64,000 nucleotides of DNA from Octopus vulgaris (lineage: Eukaryota): contig OX597818.1 of NCBI GenBank assembly GCA_951406725.2, forward strand, positions 28,768,001 to 28,832,000, in the 5' to 3' direction. Within the stretch, counting starts at the first letter, position 1. Each line of letters opens with the position of its first letter. The translations under genes were made by a program, and so were the position numbers. The notes beneath the pieces are model-generated. The model saw only the letters and a program-made list of their open reading frames with translations. It did not search any database and was not told the origin of the DNA. Below are positions 26,184 to 39,939 of the stretch, piece by piece.

Positions 26184-26204
26184 CATTGTAATGTTTTGTA
26201 GCTA
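26184..26204 (-). CDS. candidate 21-nt (or 18-nt) micro-exon
   Basis: cttttttcaag|TAG|CTACAAAACATTACAATG|gtaaga; NAGNAG acceptor. Confidence 0.4.
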
Positions 26205-26472
26205 CTTGAAAAAAGTTCAGCTAAAAGTCACTAAATACTTTATGTGGAATGAATGTCTTAATTCTGACAGCACTAGTAGCTTATCTTTTTATTGGCCTAT
26301 TAGGTCCATAATTATTGACGCTTAATAAAAAACATAAGTAAAATTAAGAATGAACTTATGATGATAAATATGTTGAAAATATAGGCGTTCGTAAATGTAT
26401 GATGGTGAAAACAAATTGCAATCTCTTCATAAACCACTCTTGCAGACCATGTCATGAATGTGCTAGTGTTAC

Positions 26473-27123
26473 GGCCACTGTAACAGCCCAGAATATACCC
26501 CTGCCCAGACTATACCTGTGGCCCCCTCCAGACAGCCAGCCTTGGATATAACCCTGTTCAGACTATACCCCATGCTTGTAGACAAATGACACAGATATAC
26601 CTCACTTATAAAAGTTGTCTCAGAACATATATAAAATTTGATGACAATCGATGAAGGATTTTGATTTAAACATAGGAATTTAAAATTATCAAATGCAAAT
26701 ATTCCATGTACCAATATAAACCCAATGTATAGGTAGACTGGGAAAAGCTGATGACTCATGCATGCTTTGCAGCATGCTGATACTATGAGTCATAGCATAG
26801 ACTCGCACAAATGTGGCCATTCATGCTGGGTTTACATTGGTACATTTTAAAAGTATTTTGCATTTGATAATTCTAAATTGCTGTTTAAATCAAAATTTAT
26901 ATGTAACTTTTAATTCTTCATCCAGTGATATCAAATTTTACATGTGTTCTGAAGTAACTTTTATAAGTGAGGTACATCTGTGTTATTTATGTGCAAGCCT
27001 GGGGTATAGTCCTGACAGGGGTATATTCTGGCCAGGTTGTTTGGATGGGGTATAGTCAGGGCTAGCCCAGACTAGCCCCAAGTACAGTCTGGGCAGGAGT
27101 ATATTCTGGGCTCTTACACTGCC
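26473..27123. mobile_element. palindromic MITE / fold-back element
   Basis: agcccagaatatacccctgcccagact versus agtctgggcaggagtatattctgggct; acctcacttataaaagtt versus aacttttataagtgaggt; arms run nearly to the centre. Confidence 0.88.
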
Positions 27124-27448
27124 AATTTTCAGACAATGTTTAGACTTGTTGCACCCATACTCTGGCACTGATTGATTAAGCCACAGAGAGACACTTACAT
27201 TTAAGTATGTGTATGTGTGTGCATTACCTCAAATGCATTCTATCTGTAAGGTTTTTGCTTAATCGTAAATTAGGGGTTCTGTGTAGTGCGTGTATGTTCA
27301 ATGATTTTAGTTTTAGCTAAAACTGGAAAACCTAGATTTTTGAATATTAAATATCTGAAAATTGTCGAACCAAGACCCCCTAATTTTGCTTTGCAGACCT
27401 CGGAAGTCCACAAACCCCAGTTTGGCAGCCAAGGCTCTACAAAACAGT

Positions 27449-28226
27449 GTTTTGATTTTTTAAATTTTATTGATTTTTGTGTATTGTCAGATCATTAAAA
27501 GGGAATGTCAAGTGGACAAAATGAACATTTTTAACACCATTTGTTCTTTGCATTTAATTGAGGTGTTAATACTAAAGCTGCTCGTGAGATTTGTGATGTG
27601 TATGGAGAAGCAGCACTTTCTCAAAGTACTGTTTGCCATTGGTTTACGTGCTTCAAAAATGGGCATTTTGACTTTAAGGACAGATCACACACTGGTCAAC
27701 CAATTGAGTTTGATGAACCTTGCCCATTGGGTGAAGTTGTTTCACCACAGCTTTTTTATTACAATCCTTCTGCTCTGCCAATTCTCTGGTCATTTTATGT
27801 GAATTTTTGTGAAGAAGATGATTCAATCACTCTTCATTGAACTGAATTGGTTGACTGCTGTGTAATTCATCCTTGAGGTCGAAATTCCCATTTTTGAAGC
27901 TCAAAAACCAATGGTGGGTAGTAGTTTGAGAAATTGCTCCTTCTCAATACACAGGACAAATCTCAAAAGCAGCTTTGGCAGGATTAACAAATTGATTAAA
28001 TAAAAAAGTGAATGGTGTCGAAAATGCTAAGTTTTGTCCTCTTGAAAGTGCATTTTAATGATCTGAAAATGCACAAAAATCAATAAAATTTAAAAAAATC
28101 AAAATACATTATCTTGTTGAGCAGAAACTTCTCTCAAATAACATAAAACGTTTTGCCAATGTATTTTATTTCCGTGCACATTGTTAAATGTGAAGAAAAG
28201 GCCTATGAATTATTCCTCAGCCCAAT
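27449..28226. mobile_element. mariner-derived palindrome (two inverted 5' halves)
   Basis: Plus arm encodes AAREICDVYGEAALSQSTVCHWFTCFKNGHFDFKDRSHTGQPIEFDE; inverted homologous arm from 27832 extends to a TIR-like end (cagcccaat) near 28226. Confidence 0.85.
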
Positions 28227-28626
28227 GCGTTAAGAACTGGCCAAAAGTCACCGGATAGCAAATCAAAACCACTTAATTCCAAGATTTATTTATGTTTAAC
28301 AACTGAATGGGTTTAATAAAAGCAACTAAATGTAAAACATCATGAAAATTGTTCCAACTGAAGTCCTTCTTGAGTAACACATTTTTCCATTTGAGTCAAT
28401 ACAGAATTACAGATAGTATTTATGGAAATTTGATTTGCTGTTGGGTAACTTTTCATCAAACTGTATATATATATGCTGGTAGTACTCTGTCAGTTACGAC
28501 AACGAGGGTTCCATTTGATCTGATTAATGGAACCGCTGGCTCATGAAATTAACGTGCAAGTGGCTGAGCACTCCACAGACGTGACTGCAAGTATGCTGCC
28601 CTAACAACTGGGCTATTGTGCCTCCA

Positions 28627-28670
<44 letters not shown>

Positions 28671-29139
28671 ATATATATATATATATATACATACATACAT
28701 ATATACACACATATACATAAAGTAAGTACAGATTGAGCAATGGGGTTGATGAAATTGATTTCTCCCTCCTAAAAAATTGCTGGCCTTGTGCCAAACATTG
28801 AAACCAATGCAAAATTATTTGTCATTTGGTGTTAATTATACTTACTGAGAGCTTCATCTGGAATAGTTGCATAATTATTTTCAGCACCTTGAAGAAAAGA
28901 AATGGAAAATGCAAAACTTATTATTTCAGTGTGTAGTGCATGGTATCTAAAATTAAATGTAAGTATATATATATATATATATATATACATACACATATAC
29001 ATGCACACACACACATGAAGTCCTTCTTGAGAGACACATTTTTCCATTAGCCAATACAGAATTACAGATAGTATTTATGGAAATTTGATTTACTGTTGGG
29101 TGACTTTTGGTCAAATTGTGTGCGTATATATATTATATA

Positions 29140-29385
29140 TCATCATCATCATCATCATCATCGTTTAACGTCCGTTTTCCGCGCTAGCACGGGTTGGACG
29201 GTTTCGACCGGGGTCTGGGGAGCTCGGGACTGCCCCAGGCTCCAGTCTAGTCTGGCAGTGTTTCTACAGCTGGATGCCCTTCCTAACGCCAACCACTCCG
29301 CGAGTGTAGTGGGTGTTTTTTACGTGCCACCTGCACAGGTGCCAGAGGGGTCTGGCATCGGCCACGTTCGGATGGTGCTTTTTAT
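29140..29385 (-). repeat. RTE-tail repeat, young copy
   Basis: (CAT)n-cgtttaacgtccgttttccgcgctagcacgggttggacgg; close reverse-complement match to 55150-55343; CpGs retained. Confidence 0.88.
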
Positions 29386-29772
29386 GGGGGGGGTGCAGAA
29401 ATATAGGGGAGCACCAGTGGGAGGGGTGGTTCAGAGGACAGGTACTAGGCAAGTAGAACGTAGGATATCGAGAGAGGGGTAATGCATGGTGAAATAGCGT
29501 ATTGAAGAGGGGGGTTCAAAGAGTAGACACCTATAATGGTGGTGGGGGGTGCAGAAATATAGGGGAGCACCAGTGGGAGGGGTGGTTCAGGGGACAGGTT
29601 CTAGGCAAGTAGAACGTAGGATATCGAGAGAGGGGTAATGCATGGTGAAATAGCGTATTGAAGAGGGGGGTTCAAAGAGTAGACACCTGGGTGCAGAAAT
29701 ATAGGGGAGCACCAGTGGGAGGGGTGAGCAAGCACCAGTGGGAGGGGTGGTTCAGAGGACAGGTTCTAGGCA
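29386..29772. repeat. tandem duplication of an about 145-bp unit plus partial copies
   Basis: gggtgcagaaatatagggggagcaccagtgggagggg recurs near 29390, 29547 and 29688. Confidence 0.9.
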
Positions 29773-30676
29773 GATAGATCTTAAATATCTATAACGATAA
29801 CTAGTGAATTATACAGAATATGCAAAAACGAGGCGAGGCTGAAATAGTAAACAGAGTGGCGACTAGGGGGATCAGAATAATAATAATTAATAAATAATAA
29901 TAATAAATAGAGATACGGATGAATTAAAGTTCAAAGATTTCTTATCTTGAGATCACTTCGTTTACGGACAGACTTGGCAAAAGGAATTCGGAATCAAGAA
30001 TGAGGCAGGTTACTAGCTTAAGTATGCATAGCCATGGCGAGGGGTAGGAAGAGAGGAGTCCAGACAGACGACAATGTAAAAAGAGGGGAGAGAAGGGAAG
30101 AGAAAAACCCCGCGAAGAATCGGCAGCCAATTTCTAATCAGCCCTGTAAGGGAGATAGATCTTAAATATCTATAACGATAACTAGTGAATTATACAGAAT
30201 ATGCAAAAATGAGGCGAGGCTGAAATAGTAAACAGAGTGGCGACTAGGGGGATCAGAATAATAATAATTAATAAATAATAATAATAAATAGAGATACGGA
30301 TGAATTAAAGTTCAAAGATTTCTTATATATATATGATGGTGGTACTCTGTCAGTTACAACAACGAGGATTCCAGCTGATCTGATCAATGGAACAGCTGGC
30401 TCATGAAATTAACATGCAAGAGGCTGCTGAGCACTCCACAGACATGTGTACCCGTAACATAGTTCTCGGGGAGATTCAGTGTGACAGAAACAGGAAGTAA
30501 GAGTGAGAGAAAGTTGTGGTGAAAGAGTATAGCAGGGTTGCCCCCACCCCTGCTGGAGCCTAATGGAGCTTTAGGTGTTTTCATTCAATAAACATTCATA
30601 AAGCCCGATCTGGGAATTGAAACTGCAATCCCATGACTGCAAGTATGCTGCCCTAACCACTGGGCTATTGCACCTC

Positions 30677-30717
<41 letters not shown>

Positions 30718-31169
30718 ACACTGGTCAACCAATTGAGTTTGATGAACCTTGCCCATTGGGTGAAGTTGTTTCACCACAGCTTTTTTTATTACAATCCTTC
30801 TGCTCTGCCAATTCTCTGGTCATTTTATGTGAATTTTTGTGAAGAAGATGATTCAATCACTCTTCATTGAACTGAATTTGTTGACTGCGGTGTAATTCAT
30901 CCTTGAGGTCGAAATTCCCATTTTTGAAGCTCAAAAACCAATGGCGGGTAGTAGTTTGAGAAATTGCTCCTTCTCAATACACACGACAAATCTCAAAAGC
31001 AGCTTTGGCAGGATTAACAAATTGATTAAATGAAAAAGTGAACTATGTTACGGGTACACATGTCTGTGGAGTGCTCAGCAGCCTCTTGCATGTTAATTTC
31101 ATGAGCCAGCTGTTCCATTGATGAAATCAGCTGGAATCCTCGATGTTGTAACTGACAGAGTACTACCAC

Positions 31170-31550
31170 CATAATGACATTTTGTCTGTCTTCACACTCT
31201 GAGTTCAGATGCTGCCGAGATCAATAAAATAAGCCCCACTTGAGTACTGGGGGTCGATGTACTCAACATATCCCTTCCCCCAAAATTTCAGGCCTTGTGC
31301 CTATACTAGAATGGATTATTATTATTATTATTATTATTAAGGCAGCAAGCTGTCAGAATTCTTAGCAGTATTTTTCCTGCCTTTACATTGAGTTCAAATT
31401 CTGCCAAGGCAACTTTGCTTGTCATCATTTCAGGGTCAGTAATATATATACCAGTTGAACACTGGGTCGATGTAATCAATTAGCCCCACTTCCTCTCCAC
31501 TCCCCTCAGATTTCAGGCCTTATGCCTATAGTTGAAAGGATTATTATTAT
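31170..31550 (+). repeat. tandem SINE-like units separated by (TTA)n
   Basis: gagttcaaattctgcc...actggggtcgatgta...tttcaggccttgtgcctata...ggattattatta repeated twice. Confidence 0.75.
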
Positions 31551-31757
31551 AAGAGTATAAGAGATTATTTCTTCTCATGGAGTGGTTGGCGTTAGGAAGG
31601 GCATCCAGCCGTAGAAATATTGCCAGATCAAACTGGGCCTGGTGCAGCCTTCTGGCTTCCCAGACCCCAGTTGAACCGTCCAACCCATGCTAGCATGGAA
31701 AGCGAACGCTAAACGAGGATGATGATGATGATGATATATATATATATATATATATAT

Positions 31758-32655
31758 ATTGTATGATGCATGTGTACGAACAGCCATGCTACATGGCAGT
31801 GAAACATGGGCCGTGACTGCTGAGGATATGCATAAGCTCACAAGAAATGAAGCCAGTATGCTCCGATAGATGTGTAATGTCAGTGTTCATACTCGACAGA
31901 GTGTAAGTACCTTGAGAGAAAAGTTGGACCTAAGAAGCATCAGTTGTGGTGTGCAGGAGAGACGTTTGCGCTGGTATGGTCATGTGGCGAGAATGGATGA
32001 AGATAGTTGTGTGAAAAAGTGCCACACCCTAGCTGTTGAGGGAACCTGTGGAAGAGGTAGACCCAGGAAAACCTGGGATGAGGTGGTGAAGCACGACCTT
32101 CGAACTTTAGGTCTCACTGAGGAAATGGCTAGAGACCGAGACCTCTGGAAGTATGCGGTGCATGAGAAGACCCGGCAGGACAAGTGAGACCATAACCCAT
32201 GGCCTCAGTCCACTTATGCATACCTTTCCTTCTTGGGACACAAAACTCTATTTGTGAAGACCTGTTGAGGCAAGTGAAAATCAAAATCAAAATCAAAAAT
32301 CAAAATCGATCAACATCAATGGAAATTGTAGCTGTGATACCAGTGCCGGTGGCACATAAGAGAACCATCCGAACGTGGCCGTTCCCAGTGCCGCCCCGAC
32401 TGGCTTCCATGCTGGTGGCACGTAAAAAGCACCATCCGCTCGTGGCCGTTTGCCAGCCTTGTCTGGCACCTGTGCTGGTGGCACGTAAAAATCACCCACT
32501 ACACTCATGGAGTGGTAGGCGTTAGGAAGGGCATCCAGCTTTAGAAACATTGCCAGATTAGACTGGGCCTGGTGCAGCCTTCTGGCTTCCCAGACCACAG
32601 TTGCACCATCCAACCCATGCCACCATGGAAACCAGACGCTAAACGATGATGATGA

Positions 32656-32660
<5 letters not shown>
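31758..32660 (+). mobile_element. RTE LINE 3' fragment with tail
   Basis: YDACVRTAMLHGSETWAVT..ERRLRWYGHVARM..GRGRPRKTW; (GAT)n end. Confidence 0.92.
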
Positions 32661-32713
<53 letters not shown>

Positions 32714-32962
32714 GCACACACACATAAAGTAAGTACAGATTGAGCAATGGGGCTGATGAAATTGATTTCTCCCTCCCAAAAAATTGCTGGCCTTGTGCCA
32801 AACATTGAAACCAATACAAAATTATTTGTTATTTGGTGTTAATTATACTTACTGAGAGCTTCATCTGAAATAGTCGCATAATTATCTTCAGTACCTTTAA
32901 GAAAAGAAATGGAAAATGCAAAACTTATTATTTCAGTGTGTAGTGCATCATACTAAAATTAA

Positions 32963-33054
<92 letters not shown>

Positions 33055-33055
33055 T

Positions 33056-33119
<64 letters not shown>

Positions 33120-33124
33120 GGTTA

Positions 33125-35120
33125 AGTAATTGAGATTCTAGTGAATTCTAAAGAATTCACATGAATATGGTCCTTAACTAGGATGCACCGGATATCTATA
33201 TGGTGTTAACCATACGACAAGTGGGGTGATTATAAATAGGAAAAAAGCAACAAGAATGGATTAAAATCTCGGTACGATCGTTTTGTACGAGGACATCTTT
33301 AATAAGCTACAAAAAATGCAGTGAATATAGATGGCTCGTACTCGTCAGCCGAAAAAATATCAGAGAATTCCCAAACATCAAAAGGGGTAGATCCAAAAGA
33401 GGTTGTAAGATTAACTGCATTGAAGAAAGTTCGATTCATGGAGATCCGATGAAAGGTTTTAAACATATAGAATTTATGCATGTCTACATATAGCTCATAT
33501 TGAATATTTGATCAAGTTGTATAAAGAAATTTTCGGATACAGTCATGCAAAATTTCTGAAAATCCAATTAAGAGGCAAAGTGACTGCCACATCATGTAGA
33601 GGAAAGTCTGAGTAAAAACATAGTGACTGTCATATCGTGTGGAGGAACAGATTGTTATTGAAATTTACAAGAATCGCAGATAAGTTCGCTTTTTTGGAGA
33701 TCCGATGAAAAAGTCTTGAACTTACAAAATTTGTGTATGTCCTTATAGTTTGTAATCCAGTTTTGTGGAGAGATTTAGGGTACAATCATGCGAAAATATC
33801 AGGGAGTCCGAATGAGAAGCAAAAATGACAGTCTTATATTGTAGTGGTTCAGGTTGTTAATGAAATTTTCAAGAATCACAGAAAGAGGAGGAAGGGGGTA
33901 GGAATTTAATCAGTTACTGCTATTTAAGCTGTCAAAGAGAAAGGGGAAGCTAAGGGGATGGGCACAATTTGATACTAACAAAAAGTCTAAGTTTGTTTGG
34001 AACAAATTCGAACTGAGGTCAACAATTTATTTCTTTATTTATAAATGTTACTATTAATAGATTGTCAGGTTACAAAGAGGTCATTAGAAAGGAAAGAAAA
34101 ATGGGGTTGTTTTTAAATGAAATTAAACTATTATATTATTATTATACTAAACTATAATACATACATAATGTTTTTAAATGAAATTAAACAATTATATTAT
34201 TATTATACTAAACTATAATACACTACACTATATTATATTATATTATTTAGATATATTATATCACATCACAATACACTACGATAGGTCTGGTATTAGCAGA
34301 ATTAATTTTTAAAAGTTTAAAAGAAATTAAGAGAATTAACTAACTAATATTAATAATGGGATAAAAAATAGACTAAGAAATGGAGATAAAAATAGAGCAA
34401 AATTTAATTTATTAATAATATGGTCCAATAGAAATAAATCAAATAATTTAAGTCAATAAGTATTAAATAGTACCATCAGAGAGAGAAAAAATTATAATCA
34501 TAGCTAGTTAGAACTTATCTTTCCAGTTAAATATATAATATACTATGTAGGAGTGATATGTAAGTCAAAATGAATTTTATGTAAAATGATTCCAGTATAC
34601 AGTTATCAATTGAGATATGATTTAAAATATCATTTAAAATATTTAAGAGTCTTAAACCGAGCATGTATACAAGATTTTCCAAGTTCAATTCTGCTGTTTA
34701 ATTGAATTTCTCCATTATTTTTATACATTAGTATTTCAAATGCTTCCATGGAGCAAAGTTGGCAGCCTACTCTGCTATTTTTATAGGGTTTTGCTCTTCT
34801 GACTAATTCCCAAATAAGGTTATATTTGATATTATTGTTTTTTAGTTCCCAAATTTTACTAGAAAGAGAAGTGCTATCAGCCTTATGACGTAATTTAAAA
34901 GATGAGAGATGGTTATTCAATCTCTGTTTAAAATTTACAGTGCATCCAACATAAGAGAACTTATTATTATCTGTGGTTATGGAGCACTTATAGATTATGT
35001 TAATTAACCCGCATAAATCAGGGGCCGGGCATTTTGATTTAATTCTGCAGTTACATCTAGGGGCATTATAATTAGAGGTGGAATACCTTGAGGATAGAAG
35101 TCTTATATTAATGGCAATTA
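33125..35120 (-). mobile_element. Penelope-like element 3' part: GIY-YIG endonuclease and long 3' region
   Basis: Open frame about 35120-34630: CNCRIKSKCPAPDLC..NIIYKC...YVGCTVNFKQRLNNH...LSSKIWELK...CQLC..E...LNSRIEL..SCIH; degenerate hammerhead-like motif near 33270-33305. The left boundary is uncertain. Confidence 0.8.
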
Positions 35121-36298
35121 TGTAAATTTTTTTGAATTCATACTATTCTATGTTACTTTTGACAAACTTTTTCCAAAGAGTGAAACCGGTTAAGTAAATA
35201 AACATCTTTTAAATTGCATTTTCAAACCTTCTTTCGTATATATATATGTATATATATATATAAATTTCTATATATATATAAAACTGAGAATGTGTCTGTC
35301 AGTCTGTCTGTGTGTTTCCCTAAAACTTGAGAACTACACAACCAATTTCATTCAAATTTCACACATGCCTTACTTAGGGTCCATGTACTTTCATGATCAA
35401 AAAAACGTTCGACTTCTTGTCTAAGGCGAGCCCATAGCAATATCATATCTTCTCCACTATTTCAGTATTACGTGTTAAAAGTGAAACAAAAACTGACAAT
35501 ATTTTCACCATTTATACGGAAGCATTTTTGTTAGAATGCCTTCGATAGAAGAAAGTCCAAAAATGAATTTCACTGCAGCCGTCAGCGAGTGCGAACTCTG
35601 GATCTGTATTATGTCTGTTTGGGTGTGTACTCATAATTGTGAGGTTTCACATATCTTTCACATAATTCATGTGATACTTATGGTGTTATGGGTTCATAAG
35701 TTTGTATATAACTTGTAATGTCATGGATATGTGTGAGACCCATATATTTCTGTGAGGGGAGCTCAGCATAAGTTTATGAGGTCATGTGTTTTTTTATGCA
35801 TGAAGTTCATATAATGCATATAACTGATGTTTGGAATGAAAATTTATCCAGGTTGCACAGGAGGCAGAGTAAGTGGGGATATTTGCTGGAAATTTCAGAG
35901 TGTGAAATGCTGCTTATGCATGCAAGGGAAGAAGGTTTCATCCCTAATATTTAAAATATTCACTTTTGGTGTGATAATGTATAATTTTTCAGTGATGTAA
36001 AGCATGCATTTCCTGCCCTGTCCTCTGTACTTGTTGGCCTTAGCAATAATACTCTAGGTCATCTGGATGTTGCTCACACCTCTCTTTTTCAGTCTCTATA
36101 CTATATTGGCTAGGATTATTGTGTGTTTTTTTGTTTTTGGCTCTGAACAAAGCCAGGTGCAATGTATATCTTTATTTGAAGGTGTTCCCTATCATTCCAA
36201 TATATGTATTTGTTACTGTTCAAACCCATGATTTTGGTCTTATATACTAGTTCTTTTTCTGGGCACCCATTGTTCAGGAACAGCTATATGAAGATCTA

Positions 36299-37557
36299 GA
36301 GGGGTTGGACAAAATAATGGAAACACGTAGCATCATAATTTTGAAATATCTATAAAACCATCAAAAGCTTGTTTATATTTATGTTATTTGATTTATTATT
36401 AGTATTGCTTAATATGTTTTGCTAAAATTGCTGTTTCTTTTCAGATATCAACAGAAAAAGTTAATTGAAATTCATTAAAATAACAGATCTATTGGACTTT
36501 CAAAGAGGTCAAATTGTGGTATGCGTATAGCAGGCGCTAGCGTAATGAAAACAGCCAAAATGTTTGGTGTATCATGAAGTCCTGTCTCAAAAGTAATGAC
36601 AGCCTTTGAGGAAGTGGGAAAAACCTTCTAGTCAAAACAAAACTCTGGAAGAAAACCAAAACCTTCAGATAAGGACTGTTGGACTCTTACGCAAATTGTT
36701 AGAAAGGATCACAAAAGTACAGCTCCCAAAGTAACTGTAGAGCTTAATAACCATCTCAAGAACCCAGTTTCCACAAAACTGATTGCTGGGAGTTTCACAA
36801 AGCTGGATTTCATGGGAGGGCTGCAATCAGAAAACCACTACTTTCAAAAACCAACTTTGCAAAGCGTTTAGAGTGGGGTAAAAACCTACAAAACTGATCC
36901 CTAGAGCAGTGGAAGAATGTCATTTTCTTGGACAAGTCATCTTTTACCATATTTCTGACCACTGGCCGAGTATACATGTGGAGACATCCAAAACAAGCCT
37001 TTGACCCAGACTACCTTCTTCCAACTGTTAAACATGGAGGAGGATCTATGATGATCTGAGAGGAGGGGGCTATATCTTGGAAATCTGCCAGCCCAATGAT
37101 TTCCCTTCATGGCAGACTATTTAAGCATTTTATCTGATCAAATTCATCCTATGATTGCAGAACTGTTTCTGAAGGGAAATGCAATCTTTCAGGATGATAA
37201 TGCACCAATTCATAGAACAGCTAAAGTTGTTACTGAATGGCATGAGAAACATTCTAGAGAAGTTGAACATCTTATCTTGCTACCACAGCCACCAGATCTC
37301 AATATTATTGAACATTTGTGGTGCATTTTAGGAAAACAGGAAAAGGAGTCAATATCCTCCACCATCATCACTGCAAGAACTGGAGACTCTTTTAGCTGAA
37401 GAATTGACAAAAATTCTTTTGGAAACAATTCAAACTTTGTACAAGTTCATACCTTGTAGAATTCAAGCTGTAATTACTGCTACAGGCAGTCCTACCCCAT
37501 ATTAAAATAAATTTGTTTGAAATTTTAAGGTGTTTCCATTATTTTGTTCAACCCCTG
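36299..37557 (+). mobile_element. Tc1-family transposon, short TIRs, decayed transposase
   Basis: TA-[g]AGGGGTTGGACAAAATAATGGAAACAC ... GTGTTTCCATTATTTTGTTCAACCCCTG-TA; PTVKHGGGS and FQDDNAPIH...PDLNIIEHLW. Confidence 0.93.
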
Positions 37558-39438
37558 TATGTTTACACAATATATATATATATATATATGTTATATAGCC
37601 AGAAGATGAGGTCCAGAGATTTTCAGTGTAGAAGACGCTTAGTAGTGCTCAAATGATCCAAACCTAGACTCTGATATCTTTACAGGGAATCAATTCTACA
37701 GGATTTAAAAAATCATAACCTAGGTATCTCATTCGAAAATGACACACACTGGAAACATCTTAAATCTATATCACCCTTTCTAGAAACCCTATCAATCATT
37801 ACAATATATCTACATCCTATCAAATTACCCTAAACTTACTCCTAATAGAATAGTCACAGACATTTTTATCAGTATCTCCAGCTTATCTACTAACAAAGAT
37901 ATTTTTAATAATCATGCCCCACACTATAACCAAGCTCAGCAGATAAGTGGTTTCTGTAAAAAGAACTCTTATATCTCCAACACTAAACTTAAGGCAAAAA
38001 TTGCACACTTCTTTCCTAGAGCAGGTAGGAAGACCACAGAGTAGGTAGGAAAACCACAGAGCAGGTAGGAAAACTTGCAATTATTAGGTGTTTCAATTTA
38101 GCCCTCTTGGAGGTTTCTGTCTATGCAAAAATATATTCTACAAGTGCAGAGTAATAATACTATGCTCCCACCAAGTAAGGGTCTATAACGACAGCATGTC
38201 AATTTCAAGCACTGCTACTGAGGACAAATGGACTCTTTCTCCAATCCAAATTCTAAATATTCTACCACCTTAGCAACTTAAATACATAACCTCAAATCCC
38301 AAACTACTCTATCCCGATCCATCATAAGGAGGCTCCCTCGTTCAACTCAAACCTTGGTATTTGTAAGGGATCACTAATCATCCTTTGCAACCACAATCCC
38401 TGATTACTTAATAGATTCTCAGATGTAATACTCTCCTATAAACACAGGTTCTACTCATCATTTACTCATTTTATTAAATCTATGTAATCTCATAACAATG
38501 ATTATCATTAATTATAATTAACCTTGGGGTACAACAAGGTCAGCGAAGCAACGCATCTTCTCCAGTAATACCATCCTTCTCATGATTACCTTTGAAAATT
38601 CTTCTTACCCACAACATACCACCTCCCTCACAAATTGTATTCTTTCCCCATTATCTCATTTCTCATCTTCAACCAAGAGCACTTGCAACTACCACAATCA
38701 ATTAGCTACTAAACAATCAACACCCACCCCTCTACCCAATTTCAAACACATTTGCAAACGTCAGTACTCCCCCTCCACCACCAATCCACCTTCATTATAG
38801 TACTAACCACAGCTACTCTGATCACCGACTAACTCCCCACTCTATGCACCTCCCTTTATCTTCTCTCATATCTCTGTTCATACTTTAGTAATCTCCCTCT
38901 ACTGCCTAATTAGAGTCTTTCCCTCCCTCAAATAATTGTCATCCCTTTTCTCACTATCTCAACACTATACACAAACCCAATAATTGACTACCCTTCAATT
39001 ACTACCCATTGCATTCCTCCCACTCATCTCTCAACATCTCCACATCACTACCACTTCCTTAATACTCCCATTCTTAAGGCCCCCCCACTCTCTTTCTGAA
39101 CTAGTTTATTTATTTCCTCTCACCATTCTGTCTTAACACTCGCGTAACTCCTTCCTACCTCCTTCCTCTAATAGTGCTTGCTCTCCACATTTAATCTGTC
39201 CACCTTTGAACTTCTTGATGGCAGCTCAATTTATCCAATTCTGATTGCCTTCCATTATGGCCTACATACTGTGATGAATACATCTACAAACATTCTCCCA
39301 GAAACAGCTGTTAGACTTATATCCTCCCCTTTAATTTTCTCTGTCATTTGCACTCTGTAAGTTGGATCTACTCCTTTTCTCCTTCACTCAACTCTCTCTC
39401 TCTTTCTCTAAATATATATATATATATATATATGTGTG

Positions 39439-39475
<37 letters not shown>

Positions 39476-39939
39476 CATGTATATATAGTTATGTCATCAC
39501 TTCATCATTTAAAGTCTGTTTCAATGCTTACATGCTTTGTTAGAAGCTGGTAAGCTAGAAGACTGTGCCAAACTCAACTGTCTGTTTTGGCATGGCTTCT
39601 ACAGCTGGATGCTTTTCTTAATGCTCACCACTTTACAGACTGTACTAGGTGCCTTTTATGTGACAGCAGCACTGGTGAGATCACAAAGTAATGTACAAGA
39701 CAAAAACCCTCAACAGAGGAGTAGTATGGGAGGTAGTTTTGTGCCATGTGTGTATCTAATGGGAGACCATGAGAAGTTACATTATTAGGAATCCACAGTT
39801 GGGTATGTCACAGAATATATACACATGGCAAAACAAGAAAGTTTGTGTATAAAATATTTAATTCGTACCAGCTTACATATGTTTCATAAACAAAAAAGAA
39901 ACTATATAACTAAATTCTTTTTGGTATTGCTTCCAATTC

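Noticed and set aside
32340-32500. Regularly spaced repeats resembling a CRISPR array
   Set aside because: Repeats are degenerate, spacers are related to each other, they sit in a LINE 3' UTR, and there are no cas genes.
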